From Callorhinchus milii (Eukaryota): 64,000 bases of DNA. Below, one piece after another: positions 11,367-23,760 of the stretch; within the stretch, counting starts at the first letter, position 1; each line of letters begins with the position of its first letter. The notes beneath the pieces were generated by a model. The model did no database searches. It saw only the letters and a program-made list of their open reading frames with translations, and had not been told where the DNA came from. The stretch spans positions 20,896,001 through 20,960,000 of the forward strand of contig NW_024704743.1 of the NCBI RefSeq assembly GCF_018977255.1, read 5' to 3'. Position numbers and translations under genes: made by a program.

Positions 11367-11660
11367 ACACACACACAAACACACACAGACAGACACCACA
11401 GACACACACACACACAGACACAGACAGACACCACAGACACACACACACACACACAGACAGACAGACACCACAGACACACACACACAGACAGACAGACACC
11501 ACAGACACACACACACACAGACAGACAGACACCACAGACACACACACACACAGACACAGACACCACAGACACACACACACACAGACAGACAGACACCACA
11601 GACACACACACACACAGACAGACAGACACCACACACACACACACAGACAGACCGACAGAC
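11367..11660. repeat. (CA)n/(CAGA)n compound minisatellite, unit ~ACACCACAGACACACACACACAGACAGACAG
   Basis: Direct reading of tandem units. Confidence 0.95.
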
Positions 11661-11769
11661 TGTAAACAAGGTCAAGGTATCCAAAAAGGGACAGACAAGA
11701 GCGGCGAAAAAAGCCCCACACCCCCCCCCTCCCCCTTCACCCCCCACACCCCCCCCCACCCACACCCCC

Positions 11770-12146
11770 GGACGATGATGCATCCAAACGCTTCGCGTGG
11801 CTTTGCGGGAGTCGGCGGCGGGAGGCTCCCGGCGGGAGGCATCTCCATTTAGAGGGCTCGGCCCCTGACGCACGGACGGCTGAGTTGGGCCCTTATTGTG
11901 TCGTCCTCCTGACCTGACGCCTGTCCCAAATGTAATTTGTTGTTGTTGTTGCTGCTGCTGCTGCTTGGATTGATCGCGGGGCGGGAGGGAGGGAAGGAAG
12001 GAGGGAGGGAGGGAGGGAGGGAAGGAGGAGGAGGAGGGGGAGGGACAGAGCTATTTTTAAATGGCCGGTGATGACAGTGGGTATTTTTGACAGCGATTAC
12101 CGCCGCCGCCGCTCATAAAAGAGGCCGATCCGCCGCTCGCCCGACC
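11770..12146 (+). promoter_or_regulatory. OTUD1 proximal promoter / 5'UTR (CpG island; GC box, purine tract, MEF2/TATA-like CTATTTTTAA at 12051-12060)
   Basis: CpG-rich; GGGGCGGG at ~11978; TGACG half-CRE sites; the YTA(A/T)4TAR match lies ~90 bp upstream of the ATG. Confidence 0.55.
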
Positions 12147-13694
12147 ATGCACCTGTACAACAGCGTGTTGACACACTACCCGGGGGCAGCCTACAAAGTG
12201 GCCGTCCCGCCGCCTCCTCCACCGCCTCCTCCTCCACCTCCTCCTCCGCCGCCGCCGCCTCAGGCAGAGAAAGCTCCGGCCGTCGACAGCCAGAGCGCCG
12301 TCCACAAGAGCGAGTGTCAGTGTCAGCCTCAACCGCCGTCGCCCGCCGCCGCCGCCGCCGCCGCCGGCAACAAGATGCCCGCCTTCTCGCCCTGCGACCT
12401 GCTCGCCTCGCAGCCGCCCGCCGCGCACCTCTACACGTCCACCGCCAAGATCCCGCTCAGGCCGCTGGAGCGGATGCTGCCCGCCCTGCAGCTGGTGGCC
12501 GAGGCCGAGGCCGACCGCGCGAGGCCTCACTCGGCGGCCAGAGCTCACCACGGCCCGCAGGGCGGCAGCTACCCGGCCGCCCAGGGCCCCCCCGGCGACA
12601 AGTTCACCCTCGGCCCCGGCTTCGGGCCCGGCGTCTGGTTCGAGGACATTTTCAAAAGCACCAAATCTCCGGCCGTCATGATGATGATGATGGAGCAGCA
12701 GCAGCAGCAGCAGCAGGAGGAGGAGGAGGAGGAGGAGGAAGAGTACCAGAAAGTTCTGGAAAACAACGCCATCAACGAAGGGAGGAGCCGAGAGGGCAGA
12801 TGCGGCGGCGGCGGCGGCGGCGATGGGCAGCCGTTGATGGGGAGCGACCCGAGACTGACCGGCGGCTGCAGGGACGTGGCGGTGGCGGTGCTGGGCGGCC
12901 GGGGGTCGGAGCAGGAGCAGGAGCCGCGCTTCGGCCTCTCGTACGGCGATGGCGGCCGAGCTGAGCGTTACCCCGGCGAACAGCAGCAGCAACAACAGGC
13001 GGCGGCGGCGCGGAGCGGCCAAGCTCCCCTCGGCTCGGTGTCCGAGGAGTGGCAGCCCGAGGGCGGCTACCGGAGCGTGGAGCTGGTGGTGGAGAACAAG
13101 CCGGACAAGACCAGGATCGCCCGCTACCTGGCCGAGGTGGAGAAGCAGAACAGTTACCTGCGGGAGCGGGAGCGCTACCGCTTCCACATCATCCCGGACG
13201 GCAACTGCCTGTACCGGGCCGTGTGCAAGGCCGTGTACGGGGAGCAGGCGGTGCACCGGGAGCTGCGGGAGCAGACGGTGCACCACATCGCCGACCACCT
13301 GGACGAGTTCAACCCCATCATCGAGGGCGACGTGGGCGAGTTCCTGATCGCCGCCGCCCAGGACGGGGCCTGGGCCGGCTACCCGGAGCTGCTGGCCATG
13401 AGCCAGATGCTGAACGTGAACGTGTACTTGACCACGGGGGGTAGCATGGAGAGCCCCACCGTGTCCACCATGGTGCATTACCTGGGGCCCGAGGATCCGT
13501 CCAAACGCAGCGTCTGGCTGAGCTGGCTGAGCAACGGACACTACGACGCCGTGTTTGAGCATCCGCTGCCCAACCCCGAGTACGAGACCTGGTGCACACA
13601 GACGCACGTCCAGAGGAAGCGAGACGAGGAGTTGGCCAAATCCATGGCCGCCTCCCTCTCCAAAATGTACATTGAGCAAAACGGCTGCTTTTGA
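12147..13694 (+). CDS. OTUD1: OTU domain-containing protein 1, single-exon deubiquitinase, 515 aa
   Basis: N-terminus [12 protein letters not shown] resembles mammalian MQLYSSVCTHYP, with Kozak ACCATG. OTU catalytic motifs [12 protein letters not shown] and [11 protein letters not shown]-terminal [26 protein letters not shown]; low-complexity N-terminal half; intronless, as in mammals. Confidence 0.97.
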   Translation: MHLYNSVLTHYPGAAYKVAVPPPPPPPPPPPPPPPPPPQAEKAPAVDSQSAVHKSECQCQPQPPSPAAAAAAAGNKMPAFSPCDLLASQPPAAHLYTSTAKIPLRPLERMLPALQLVAEAEADRARPHSAARAHHGPQGGSYPAAQGPPGDKFTLGPGFGPGVWFEDIFKSTKSPAVMMMMMEQQQQQQQEEEEEEEEEYQKVLENNAINEGRSREGRCGGGGGGDGQPLMGSDPRLTGGCRDVAVAVLGGRGSEQEQEPRFGLSYGDGGRAERYPGEQQQQQQAAAARSGQAPLGSVSEEWQPEGGYRSVELVVENKPDKTRIARYLAEVEKQNSYLRERERYRFHIIPDGNCLYRAVCKAVYGEQAVHRELREQTVHHIADHLDEFNPIIEGDVGEFLIAAAQDGAWAGYPELLAMSQMLNVNVYLTTGGSMESPTVSTMVHYLGPEDPSKRSVWLSWLSNGHYDAVFEHPLPNPEYETWCTQTHVQRKRDEELAKSMAASLSKMYIEQNGCF

Positions 13695-13804
13695 GGCCTT
13701 GGGGTGGGGTGGGGTGGGGTGGCGGGGGGTGCGGGGCGGGGGTGGGTGGGGGTGGGGAGTCCCCTCGACCCAGCGGGCGTTTGGAATGGAAGCTTTTGGC
13801 TGCC

Positions 13805-14170
13805 TGTCTGTCAAATCTGTGTCTGTGTGTGTGTGTCTGTCAGTGTGTGTGTCTGTCAGTGTGTGTGTCTGTCTGTGTGTGTGTGTGTCTGTTTGTGTCT
13901 GTCAGTGTGTGTGTGTGTGTGTCTGTTTGTGTCTGTCAGTGTGTGTGTGTGTGTGTCTATCAGTGTGTGTGTGTCTATCAGTATGTGAGTGTGTGTGTGT
14001 CTATCAGTGTGTGTCTGTGTGTGTCAGTGTGTTTGTGTTTATCAGTGTGTGTCAGTGTGTTTGTGTCTATCAGTGTGTGTCTGTGTGTGTCTGTCAGTGT
14101 GTCTGTCTGTGTGTGTCTGTCAGTGTGTCTGTCTGTGTGTGTGTGTCAGTGTATGTGTGTGTGTGTGTGA
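13805..14170. repeat. (GT)n/(GTCT)/(CAGT) compound repeat in the proximal OTUD1 3'UTR
   Basis: Direct reading. Confidence 0.95.
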
Positions 14171-15006
14171 GGGTCGGCACTCGAGACACTCACACACAAA
14201 CAGGAGTGTGCAGAACTGGACTCTTTTAGCTGCACGTTTCAGGACAGACAGACACAGCGGGAACCTGAAAGTGTAAAGATTGTCGATACCGTTTTTGATA
14301 GTTTTATTTATATTTATCAATTATTATGCTTACACATTCTGATCGGGCTAATGGCACTTTATAATGGATAGCTAAATCATCTGTATAAGTAACGCCTTAA
14401 TTCAATTGTGTGAATTCCTGAATGTTTTACCAAATGCTTTGGGCTCAAAAGATAAACGAAGCTCGCGCCACCTTGCATTTTAGTCAGGGTTTCTTGGAGG
14501 CAAGAGACCAGGGAACTGACTGGGAGAGTACTGTTGTCAGTAGTCCTACATGTTTTTGTACCTTAAATTTCTAATGTTTGGAAAACAACTGTTGGTTATT
14601 TTAGTCTCTGCTTTGGAGAGATGGATTTTTTTTTTTGAAGAACATGTATTTAGGGAAACAGTTTTTATTGCATTTTTGTGCAATGGAAGGCTTGTTACTT
14701 GTTACTCCTTCATTACGTTTTCATATCCGGTATTCTAGCACATGGCTGGTCGCCATTGAGATACCGTGTTAATTTTATAATGAACTAATGTTGAAGGTTT
14801 CAGGTCTTAAAACTTAAGAGGTTGCAGTTACTAATTTTATTACTGTAAGTTACTTGCCATCTCAATGGCTGTTGCTGACTTTTATACGCTGTATAAGCTG
14901 TATTGAAGTTTTTTTCTTCCTAAAGTGGTTTGCAGGGTCGAACTTATAATCAGTTTGCGATTACTGTATTTGTACTGATTGTAAAATTCTTAATCAATAT
15001 GGAATG

Positions 15007-15012
15007 AATAAA
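15007..15012 (+). terminator. Probable OTUD1 polyadenylation signal AATAAA
   Basis: Ends a U-rich, repeat-free 3'UTR-like segment (14170-15000) with upstream TGTA elements, followed by GT-rich GTTTGTGTTTT at ~15038. Confidence 0.7.
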
Positions 15013-15949
15013 AGTTCTGTAACATTTAATTTAACCAGTTTGTGTTTTGGATTCTGTAGTTTTACCAGATGAGCATGAACAAAACTCCGCTGGAGTCAAG
15101 GAATGGAAGGCCATAACCTGCAGATCAATTGTTAATCAAGCCATACAATTGATTGCAAAATATACATTTAATATTAGAATGTTTACACAACAGAAGGAAG
15201 CCATTTTGGCGTATTGTGTCTGTCTTCATAAGCTATCTATGCTAAATCTCATTGGCGTCCAGTCCGCCAGTTTAGGTGGATGTTAAAGATCCCATGGCAC
15301 TATTTGAAAAGACAAGCGAGTTTCTCCCAATTAAACTGCAAATTAGCTGTTGCATTTGCTAAAAAAAAATAGTCAACTCACTACAATAAATCCTGTGAAG
15401 AGCTCTGAGACGTCCTCCCATTGTGAAAAGTGTTATATCGAATGCTAGGATTATTACTCATTCTATCCTACTGTATATTTTTTCAAGCATTTATCCAATT
15501 ACGATTACTATAAATGCTATTATAGGCTCAGCATCACCAGCCATATGTGGGAATACATTCCACACATTCTAACTGAAAAAAATCTTTGACATTCCTGTTT
15601 TTCCTTCAAGTGCTAATTCTCAATTTATACATTGTTGCTGATTCCACTGATTAGTAAAATACTGTGCTCTCTAATTTATGTATATCCATAAATTACTAGA
15701 ATTATGTACATGCAACGTACAATGCACTTAGCTTCAATCCCCAAATTGCGCACCGTGAAAATATATAATTCAATATTTCTTAAATAATTTGCCCACTTGT
15801 TATTTTTCAATAGGATTTTCCTTTATTTTTGAATTTTTTTTAACGTGAGTTGCTAATATATTATTGGAGGCGGTGCCATTCGGATTAAACATTAAATTGC
15901 ACTTGATACTCCAAATATGGCATCATCAATCATCTATGGAGGGTTATAG

Positions 15950-18730
15950 AGGACCCGAGCTGTACTTCCCCAAAAATGCCCCCATCCATGCAACACGCCT
16001 GCTCTGTCCTCTCTCTCCGTCCTCCTCGCTTCCTATCCCCACTTGACCATCCCACAGCCTCCCTGGGCTCCAGCCTGAGATTCCTTCGCCGGGCTCACCG
16101 TGGCACTCGGCAGTAGCTGTCCAGCAGCAGCCACACTTACTGCCCCATTCCCCACTATCAACGCAAGCTCCGCCGGACCCAGACCCCAGAGGCCAAACCC
16201 TCCTCCCTCATCCTCATACCCATCCTCCCTGCCAATACCGACATGACCCCCTCCTGTCTCACATATTCCCTTGGCAACTGTCCCCTCCCCACCAGCCTAC
16301 AAAATGTCCACTCCCTGTGCAACAAGGCTCTGACCATCAAAGAAATCATCGTTGATGAAAATATTGACATCATGGCCCTCACTGAAACCTGGTGACACCT
16401 TCCCCCTCATTGAGGCGACACTACCCACTATACCCCACATCTCAACCACCTTGGCAGTGATGTGGCCCTCATCTCCAGGACCTCCACTTGCTCTATCGCC
16501 TTACTCCGCTTGTTCATTCCCCTCATTCGAGCACCTTACACTCTACCATCGCTCCAATCTTTCCCTCAAGATTCTCCTCATTTATCGCTCCTCACCCCCA
16601 AAACCTCCCCCACTTTCATCTCTGATGTCCCTACCCTCCTAGATTCCCTCTGCCTCTGTTCTGAACGCCTCCTCATCCTCAACGACTTCAACCTTCACTT
16701 CACCCCCTCCTACTCTATCTCATTGGACTTTTCCTCTATCCCCTTTCATAACCTCTCCCTCCACATCCACTCTGCCAACCACTTTCATGGGCAGCTACTC
16801 GACCTGGTGATTACCCGGGGCGTCAGTGTCTTGGTCTCACAATCACAGTCAAAGCCATCTCCGATCACCATTTCATCAACTTTAACTCCTCGATCCCTCT
16901 TCCCCACTGCCACCCAATCCACCGCCATCTCCTTTCGCCCTTGGAAAAAAGTCTCCCCGCAATCCCTCTCTGCTGCCCTAGAGTTATCTGAACTCCTCCC
17001 CCTTTGGCCTACCACCCGCACTAATTTATCCTCCTCACTCACTACTCCAAAAATTCCTCTCCACCACTCTTCATGCCCTTTCCCCCCTCACCGCCAGAAC
17101 CATCTCCTACTCACAAACTTCACCCTGGTATACCGGCAAGGGGCAAGGCCATGAAGGACCTTGAAGGTGAGGACGAGAATTTTGAACTCGATCCTCTGAG
17201 GGATGGGGAGCCAGTAGAGTTGGAGCAAGGCTGGGTGTGATGGGGTTATGGAGCCTGCTGCAGAAGAGGACACGAGCTACAGAGTTCTGGATGATCTGCA
17301 GCTTGTGGAGGGAAGAGTTTGGAAGGTCGACAAGCAGGGCATTGGCATAGTCGAGCCTGGTTGTAATGAAGGAATGTATGAGGGTTTCAGGGGTCTGAGA
17401 GGTGAGGAAGTGGCAGAGTCCAGCAATGTTGCAGATGGGAAGGCAGTGTTCGGTGTCATCAGGTACATTTGGAAGTTGACCCCATGTCTGCGGATGATGT
17501 TACCAAGAGGGAGCATGTACAGGTTGAAGAGGAGAATACCGAGGACAGAGCCCAGAGGAACACCACATGAGATGGTGCGGGGCTGGAGTAGAAACCATTT
17601 GTGGAGACAAAGGAACCGGTGTGAGAGATAGGATCTGAATCATTCAAGGACAGAATCGTGAAGGTTAAGGTGAGAGGAGAGGCGTTGGAGGCGGATAGAT
17701 CATATAAGAACATAAGTACATAAGAAATGGTAGATGAAAAATGACCAAGGTTCGCCTTCCACTTTCCTGGTGGTCACGTGCACATATGTCCCAAACTACC
17801 TATGTACTATATCCCATAATTTTATTTTCTAAAAGAAAACTATCTAATCTGGGTTTGAAACACTTCCAGCTTCAACTGTGTCCCTAGAGATAGAGTGGTC
17901 TACAGTGTCAAAGGCAGCAGAGAGGTCAAGGAGGACGAGGAGACAGAGGGAGCCCTGGTCACAGATGGACAGAATGAAACACACTACCTGCTACCTTGAC
18001 CACATCCCCACCCCTCTCCTTACCTCCCAGCTCCACCTCCTCACCCCTCTACTCTCTGACACCATTAATCTCTCCCTATCATCTGGCACCATTCCTATCC
18101 CCCTAAAAACAGTTATGATCACTCACATCCTGAAAAAACTTTCCCTGGACCTATCCTTGCTTTCTAACTACCGGTCCATCTCCAACCTCCCTTTTCTTTC
18201 CTAGGTCCTTGAAAGAGCCGTTCCTTCCCAGCTTTGCTCCTCCTCCTCTTACTACTGCCTTCACGAGCCCCTCCAATCAGGTTTCCGTGTGCTCACGGCA
18301 CAGAAACTGCTGTGGTCAATGTGATAAACAACATCCTGTCCATCTGTGACCAGGGCTCCCTCTGCCCCCTCTCCCTCCTCGACCTCTCTGCTACCTTTGA
18401 TACCGTGGACCACTCCAACCTCCTCAACCACGTCTCACCTCAACCTTCAAGGTTCTGTTCTTGAATGGTTCAGGTCTTATATCTCACACCGCCTCCAATT
18501 TGTCTCCGCCAATGGTTTCTCTTCCAACCCCCGCACAGTCTCGTGCAGGGTTCCTCAGTGCTGTGTCCTCGGTGCCCTCCTCTTTAATCTCTATATTGTC
18601 CTCCTAAGTGACATCATCCGCAGACATGGGGTCAACTTCCACGAGGATGACACACAAATCTATCTCTCTGCCTCCATCCTCGACTCCAGGACAATTGACA
18701 TCCTGACAGACTGTCTGTCAGACATCAAAT
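15950..18730 (+). mobile_element. Long decayed L2 (APE endonuclease ~16298 onward; RT 17980-18730) interrupted by an antisense L2 (17130-17965)
   Basis: LQNVHSLCNK...IDIMALTETW (APE), NYRSISNLPFLS, LLDLSATFDTVDH and GVNFHEDDTQIYLS, with many stops and frameshifts. Confidence 0.85.
17130..17965 (-). mobile_element. Nested antisense L2 RT fragment, itself interrupted by a CR1 3' end (17703-17880)
   Basis: Minus-strand MLPLGNIIRRHGVNFQMY and YWLPIPQRIEFKIL; the insert has a CATAAGAA-type tail and resembles 25655-25840. Confidence 0.8.
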
Positions 18731-18869
18731 CAAGTGGTTGGACACTGGACTCATTTTCAAAAATGTCATGCTGTGATGACTGGATGGTAGGGTACGTGTT
18801 CTGGAAGGATGAGATCAGTGGTATCACTATCGCCTCTTCAGTCAAAACATTGTGGGTTCAAGCCCAACG

Positions 18870-19040
18870 TCAGAACTTGGAATCACACCATCTAAGCTGG
18901 CACTTCAATGCGGTGCTGAGGGTGTGCTTCATTGTTAGAGATGCCGTCCTTTGGATGAGATGTTAAACCAAGGTTCTGTCAACCTGTTCAGGTAAACATT
19001 AAAGAGCCCATAGCACCATTCGAAAAGAGAAGGGAATTCC
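18870..19040 (+). mobile_element. Deu-domain SINE fragment
   Basis: GATGCCGTCCTTTGGATGAGATGTTAAACCAAGG...CAGGTAAACATTAAAGAGCCCATAGCAC. Confidence 0.7.
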
Positions 19041-19499
19041 ACCCTTAATTAATTCAGGTAATTAAGGAAATGATAACTTAGAGTAAGTGATAAATTAATA
19101 TTGAACATCAGTTACAGTCCTGTGAGCATGCAGAATTTTCTCTGTTGGACTTAAAAAAGAGCAGTATGATATTGAGTTTGGAACTGTCATTAAGAAACAG
19201 CTTAATTGATTCATAATAAAATGTTTCCACATGAATGCTTTGAAGAGGAAGAAAATTTATATTCATGAGGTTAATTATAATTTTATGGATCTATTATCCA
19301 TTCATAATTAATTTCAGATATAACAGTGATGAACATCATTCTTATTTGGTCTTTGTTTGTGAAATAAAGCAAACAGAAAATCTTTTCACTTGATACTAAG
19401 CTTTGACAAATACAGCAATAACAATTTGCACTTATATAGTATAGTGTCTTTCATGTAGGGAGAATGCTTGTGTCTGATGTGAAAGGCGCTAAATAAATG

Positions 19500-20550
19500 C
19501 AATTTGTTGGTTTTGTTGTTGTTCAAAATCCTTTAGAAAAAAGGAGTAGATACTTGAGCTGAGAAGAAGATCAGAGATGGTGGAGTAGTGGTTGAAACTG
19601 CTATCAAAGAGACAAATTTTTAGATGGGATTTGGAAACAGAAGGAGGAGACAAGGTAGAAGTGTTTTGGAAGAGAGTTTGAGCAGGCTCCAAGCAGTATA
19701 ACATACATTTGGCCAACACTGAGTTAAAGAAAATTAAAGCTTATTCAGAAATTGATGTCTGACAGGCAGTCTATCAGAATAGCAACAGTCCTGTCACCGA
19801 GAATGGAGAATGAAAGATAGTTTGGTGTCATCCATGTATATATGGAAGTGGATACCTGCGGATTATGTCACCAAGGGGAAGCATGCAGATGAGGAAAAGA
19901 AGACGACTGATGACAGGGCCCTGAAGAATACAGCATGTAACCATGTAGGGCCAGGAGAAGAAGCCATTATATGAGACAAATAATTAATTGGGACAGGTAA
20001 CAATGAAACCAGAAAAGAAAAATGCAGAGGCATGATGTTTATTAGGGAAGAGAGACAGAGGAGAAGGATGGAATGGCCAACAGTGTCAAAGATGTCAGAG
20101 AGATCAAGGAGGCATAGGGAGCCCTGGATTGCAGATGGAGGGGATGTAGTTTGTGACTTTGATCAGGGCTGTCTTATTGCTGTGGATTGGGTGGAAGCCA
20201 GATTGAAAGGACTCATGAAGGAAGTGATGGGGGAGCAAAGAGCAAATCTGGGGGGCAAAACACGTTCCAACACTTTGTAGATGAAGAACAAGTTGGAAAT
20301 AGGGCAATAACTGGAGAGTTTGGAGGAGTTCATTGTAATTTTTTGAGAAGAGGAGTAATGATGGTTGCTTTGAAAGGAAGGGGTACTGTGCCAGAGGAGA
20401 AGAGGCTGATGATTCTGGCTAGCAGGGGGGTGAGAAGCGACAGCTGGGTAGACAGGAGTGGGATTGTGTGGGAATGGGGTCAAGGGAGCAGGTGGTGGGT
20501 TTTATACGGGAGATGAGAAAAGAGAGGGAAGAATGGGAGACGGAGTCAAT
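19500..20550 (-). mobile_element. Old L2 fragments
   Basis: FQSGFHPIHSNKTALIKVTN and YCPISNLFFIYKVLERV on the minus strand. Confidence 0.75.
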
Positions 20551-21274
20551 GGTGTGAAGTATAGTAATAATTTAGAATAAACACCTAAAAAATGTAGATT
20601 TAAGTATAAGATTAAGGAAATAATGAATTGAAGTAATTAAATGTGGTCTATAAGGAATATCAATCCAAATTTAGTTTAGGGATTGTGACAAATCAAATTT
20701 CTTCATTATGAATAATAAAGAACTGTTGATGTCCCTTAGTCGCTAAATTCACTGATGAGATCTCTGCTTTGCAATTGTTATTGGTCATCGGTGAAGCATA
20801 CAACAGCTGTTAAGAATTAGTGCAAATCTATGCCAGTCTTGTGAATCTGCCAACATTGATAGACGAAAACCAATATCCAAGCTGTGCTTAATTCACTTTC
20901 AAATGGTTTAACATTTGATTTAAGGTCAGCAATGTGTGTCCAAATTATCAAGTGACTTGCTTTTGGTTCATTTGGAGTCAGGGTGACTTGTAAAATTTGA
21001 TTTGATCAAAATATGTTATAATTTGGATCCTACATTTGATGGAGGGAGAATTATGTTATGGTAATGAAATTCATGCCCGAAGAAGCATTAAATATTACAA
21101 TATAATTTGAAATGTTTACATTTTATTGATGTCTCTGTCCATCTGTGAATGAGGAAAAAGAGAATTAGATAGATTTTTGAACTAAAAAGGAAAATAGTTG
21201 TGCACTCTAAAGCTGTTAAAAAAAACATTCTCCATTTGGGAAGGAACACAAGAAGACTCGTAAGGGTCAGCTGA

Positions 21275-22125
21275 GAACAACAACAACAAATTACATTTGT
21301 TTAGCGACTTTCACATCGGGAGGACGTCCCAAGGCGCTGGACAGTCAGGGGTTTGCACGTGAGCTGCAGGTTGGGATCAGAAAGATGGCTGAAGACGCAG
21401 TCGATGAGGAGGGTCTTGAGACAAGACTTGAAGAAGGCAAGGGAGGGAGCAAGGCGAATGGACTGTGGGGTGGAATTCCAAATGGTGGGGGCAGAAAGGC
21501 TGAAGGTCCGACTATCGAAAATAATATTGTAATAATAATCCTTGCGTTTGATATATGCTTTATCACATCTTCAAGATGTCTCAAAGTGCTTCACAGAATA
21601 TACTGTAAAGTGAATTGACTATACTTTGTGGGCGAAATACGGCTGCCAATCGTGCACAGCTGTGTCCCACAAACAGTTGTGGATTGAGTGACCCAATTAT
21701 TATTATTTTAAAAAAATGGAGGGATTATTACCCCTGGACAACCGATCCGCCGATCGACTATCAAGGGTTCCTACTTACTACTAGGTGAACAGAGCAGGTG
21801 GATTAGGGAAACTTGGCCAAAGTTTCGTCATGCTGATGGTGGGGTGGGTGGGCCGGGCGAGGAAGATGGAGCAGGCCAGAGCATGCTGAACGGAGGGAGT
21901 GGACAGGTCAATATGGAGTTAGCAAATCATAGAGATAGGGAGGAGCAAGGTGGTGGTGGTCTTTGAAGGTGAGGATGAGGATTTTGAACTCTATCCTCTG
22001 GGGGATGGGGAGCCAATGGAATGGGTGAGGGTGGGGGAGAGACTGCCTGAGGGGAGAGAGAGTGGTGGAACTGGGCAATGTTGTGGAGGTGGGGGAAGGC
22101 AGAACAGGTCATGGCATGGATGTGG
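21275..22125 (-). mobile_element. L2 3' end with a SINE (~21530-21830, minus) nested inside
   Basis: (CAA)n tail at 21277 and L2 hairpin; L2 sequence resumes after the SINE at ~21835. Confidence 0.8.
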
Positions 22126-23339
22126 GGAAGAAAAAGGAAATGCGAACAGAGATTACTGTGAAGAAGTTTAGAAAGCTAGGCAAAGGGCCTAGGAAAGTTC
22201 AGTCCCAATCGATGTTGTTCTATATTCATTGTGACTGAACATTCCTGGGGTGGAGTACCTCTAGATAGTCCCTCAGGTACCCATAATGCTACCCAATTGC
22301 TGTTTCAACCCCTTCCAGTAACATACATGTTTGGAGCAGCTTAGTAGAGGAGTAGGCGGATCCCAGGGAATGTCTTCAAGTGAGAATTTACAGCTTTGTT
22401 AAGAATGTTATAGGATATTATTTCCTTCAATTTCCACTGGGTGTACTGTGGACAAATTGATGTTATTTCTCTGTTATCACAGAATTATACATCGTGTCTG
22501 CCAGCTCTTTGAAAAGAGCTATCCAAATCAATTACACTCCCCCGTTGATAACTCTTTTTAGTGACTGCAAATGGACTTCGCTTACACATCTTATATATAT
22601 ATTGATTTCAAATTCCATTATAAACACATTACAAAAACAATCACCATTTGGAGCAATCAGCCTAAGTTAGACTCTTCACCCCTTGTCTTGTATGTAAAGA
22701 ATTCACCACTTGGGTGAGGTATCCATACAAATGTACCTCAGTACCTTTGACGGTAGAAGGGAGAGAGTTTGAGGGGAACAAAAGCATCAAACAACAACAA
22801 CAAAATTACATTTGTAAAGCGCCTTTCACGCCAGGAGGACATCAAGTTGTACTAGGAAGAATTACAGAGCTCTATCCAATATTTTTTTTGAAATTAGCAA
22901 TGTCACAAACTTGTGACCATCATCATGTGACTTCCCCTACCGTGTTATATGAAATGAATGAAGGGAGTGTTTATTTTGTCCCTCGGGAGAAGGAACCACA
23001 GGTATCCAAGCAACACATGAACAAGAACAACAATGACTGCTCCAATCTAGCGGTAAGTGTATATCAAAATGAATGCTCACAAAATAGACAGAATAATCTA
23101 GATGAACATAGAGCATGGGATATGTAGGATGCTTTCAAATCGAAGAATGGCAGAGAGGCTATTATCTGGATGATTCAATGCCTTCATCAGAAATCTCCAC
23201 ACACCACTAGAGTTGGAAGAGATCCAGTTTCCAGGTGAGTAATCTCAGGCCACAAGAATGATGTGTTAAAGCAATTTTAAGACATTAGGGAGAAGGGAAT
23301 AGAAGGGTATGGGAGATTGTAAGGAGTGAGTGACGACAT

Positions 23340-23760
23340 GTGGATTCATGTAGACTACTCATGTGGTCGTGCTCATCTCTCTTCAAGGACAACAAGGTCT
23401 CAATGCAGTTCAAGCTTGTGGAATATAAGTCACATGTGCAAACTGTTTTCCTTTATGGTTCTGAGCTCCTAGGGATGCAGCAGCGAGGCTTCAGCTGGGC
23501 CATCGGTCAGGTTCAGTACTAACCCTTCACATGTGGGACGTGGATTAAGCAGCTGGTGCTGAGTAAGACTGGTTAGCGGCATTGGTCTGGAGAATATCAA
23601 GGTGGCTGGCACATCACGAGCTGTCCTGTAAAGATCCACCCACCACGCTGAAGGCAGATGCCCACCGGATAGCTGATGAGGAAACTCTGAGGCTTGAGGC
23701 AACAGCTGCTGGAAAGTATTATCTGGAATCTGAGTTTGAGAACATGCATCCAGGGCTTAG
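23340..23760 (+). mobile_element. RTE-like LINE remnant
   Basis: LFKDNKVSMQFKLVEYKSHVQTVFLYGSE resembles the RTE RT C-terminal motif K..VY...V...LLYGSETW. Confidence 0.5.

Noticed and set aside
10119..11873. Long Cys/Val/Gly and His/Thr/Pro ORFs
   Set aside because: Translations of GT/CA repeats that lack stop codons.
12087..12146. ORF-track N-terminal extension of OTUD1 from a TTG, and a 9-codon uORF at 12061-12090
   Set aside because: Homology begins at the ATG at 12147; the upstream sequence may not be transcribed.
12057..13814. 585-aa antisense ORF and other overlapping ORFs across OTUD1
   Set aside because: Expected shadow of a very GC3-rich CDS; no recognisable domain.
13555..14320. 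CV-rich ORFs after OTUD1
   Set aside because: Microsatellite translation.
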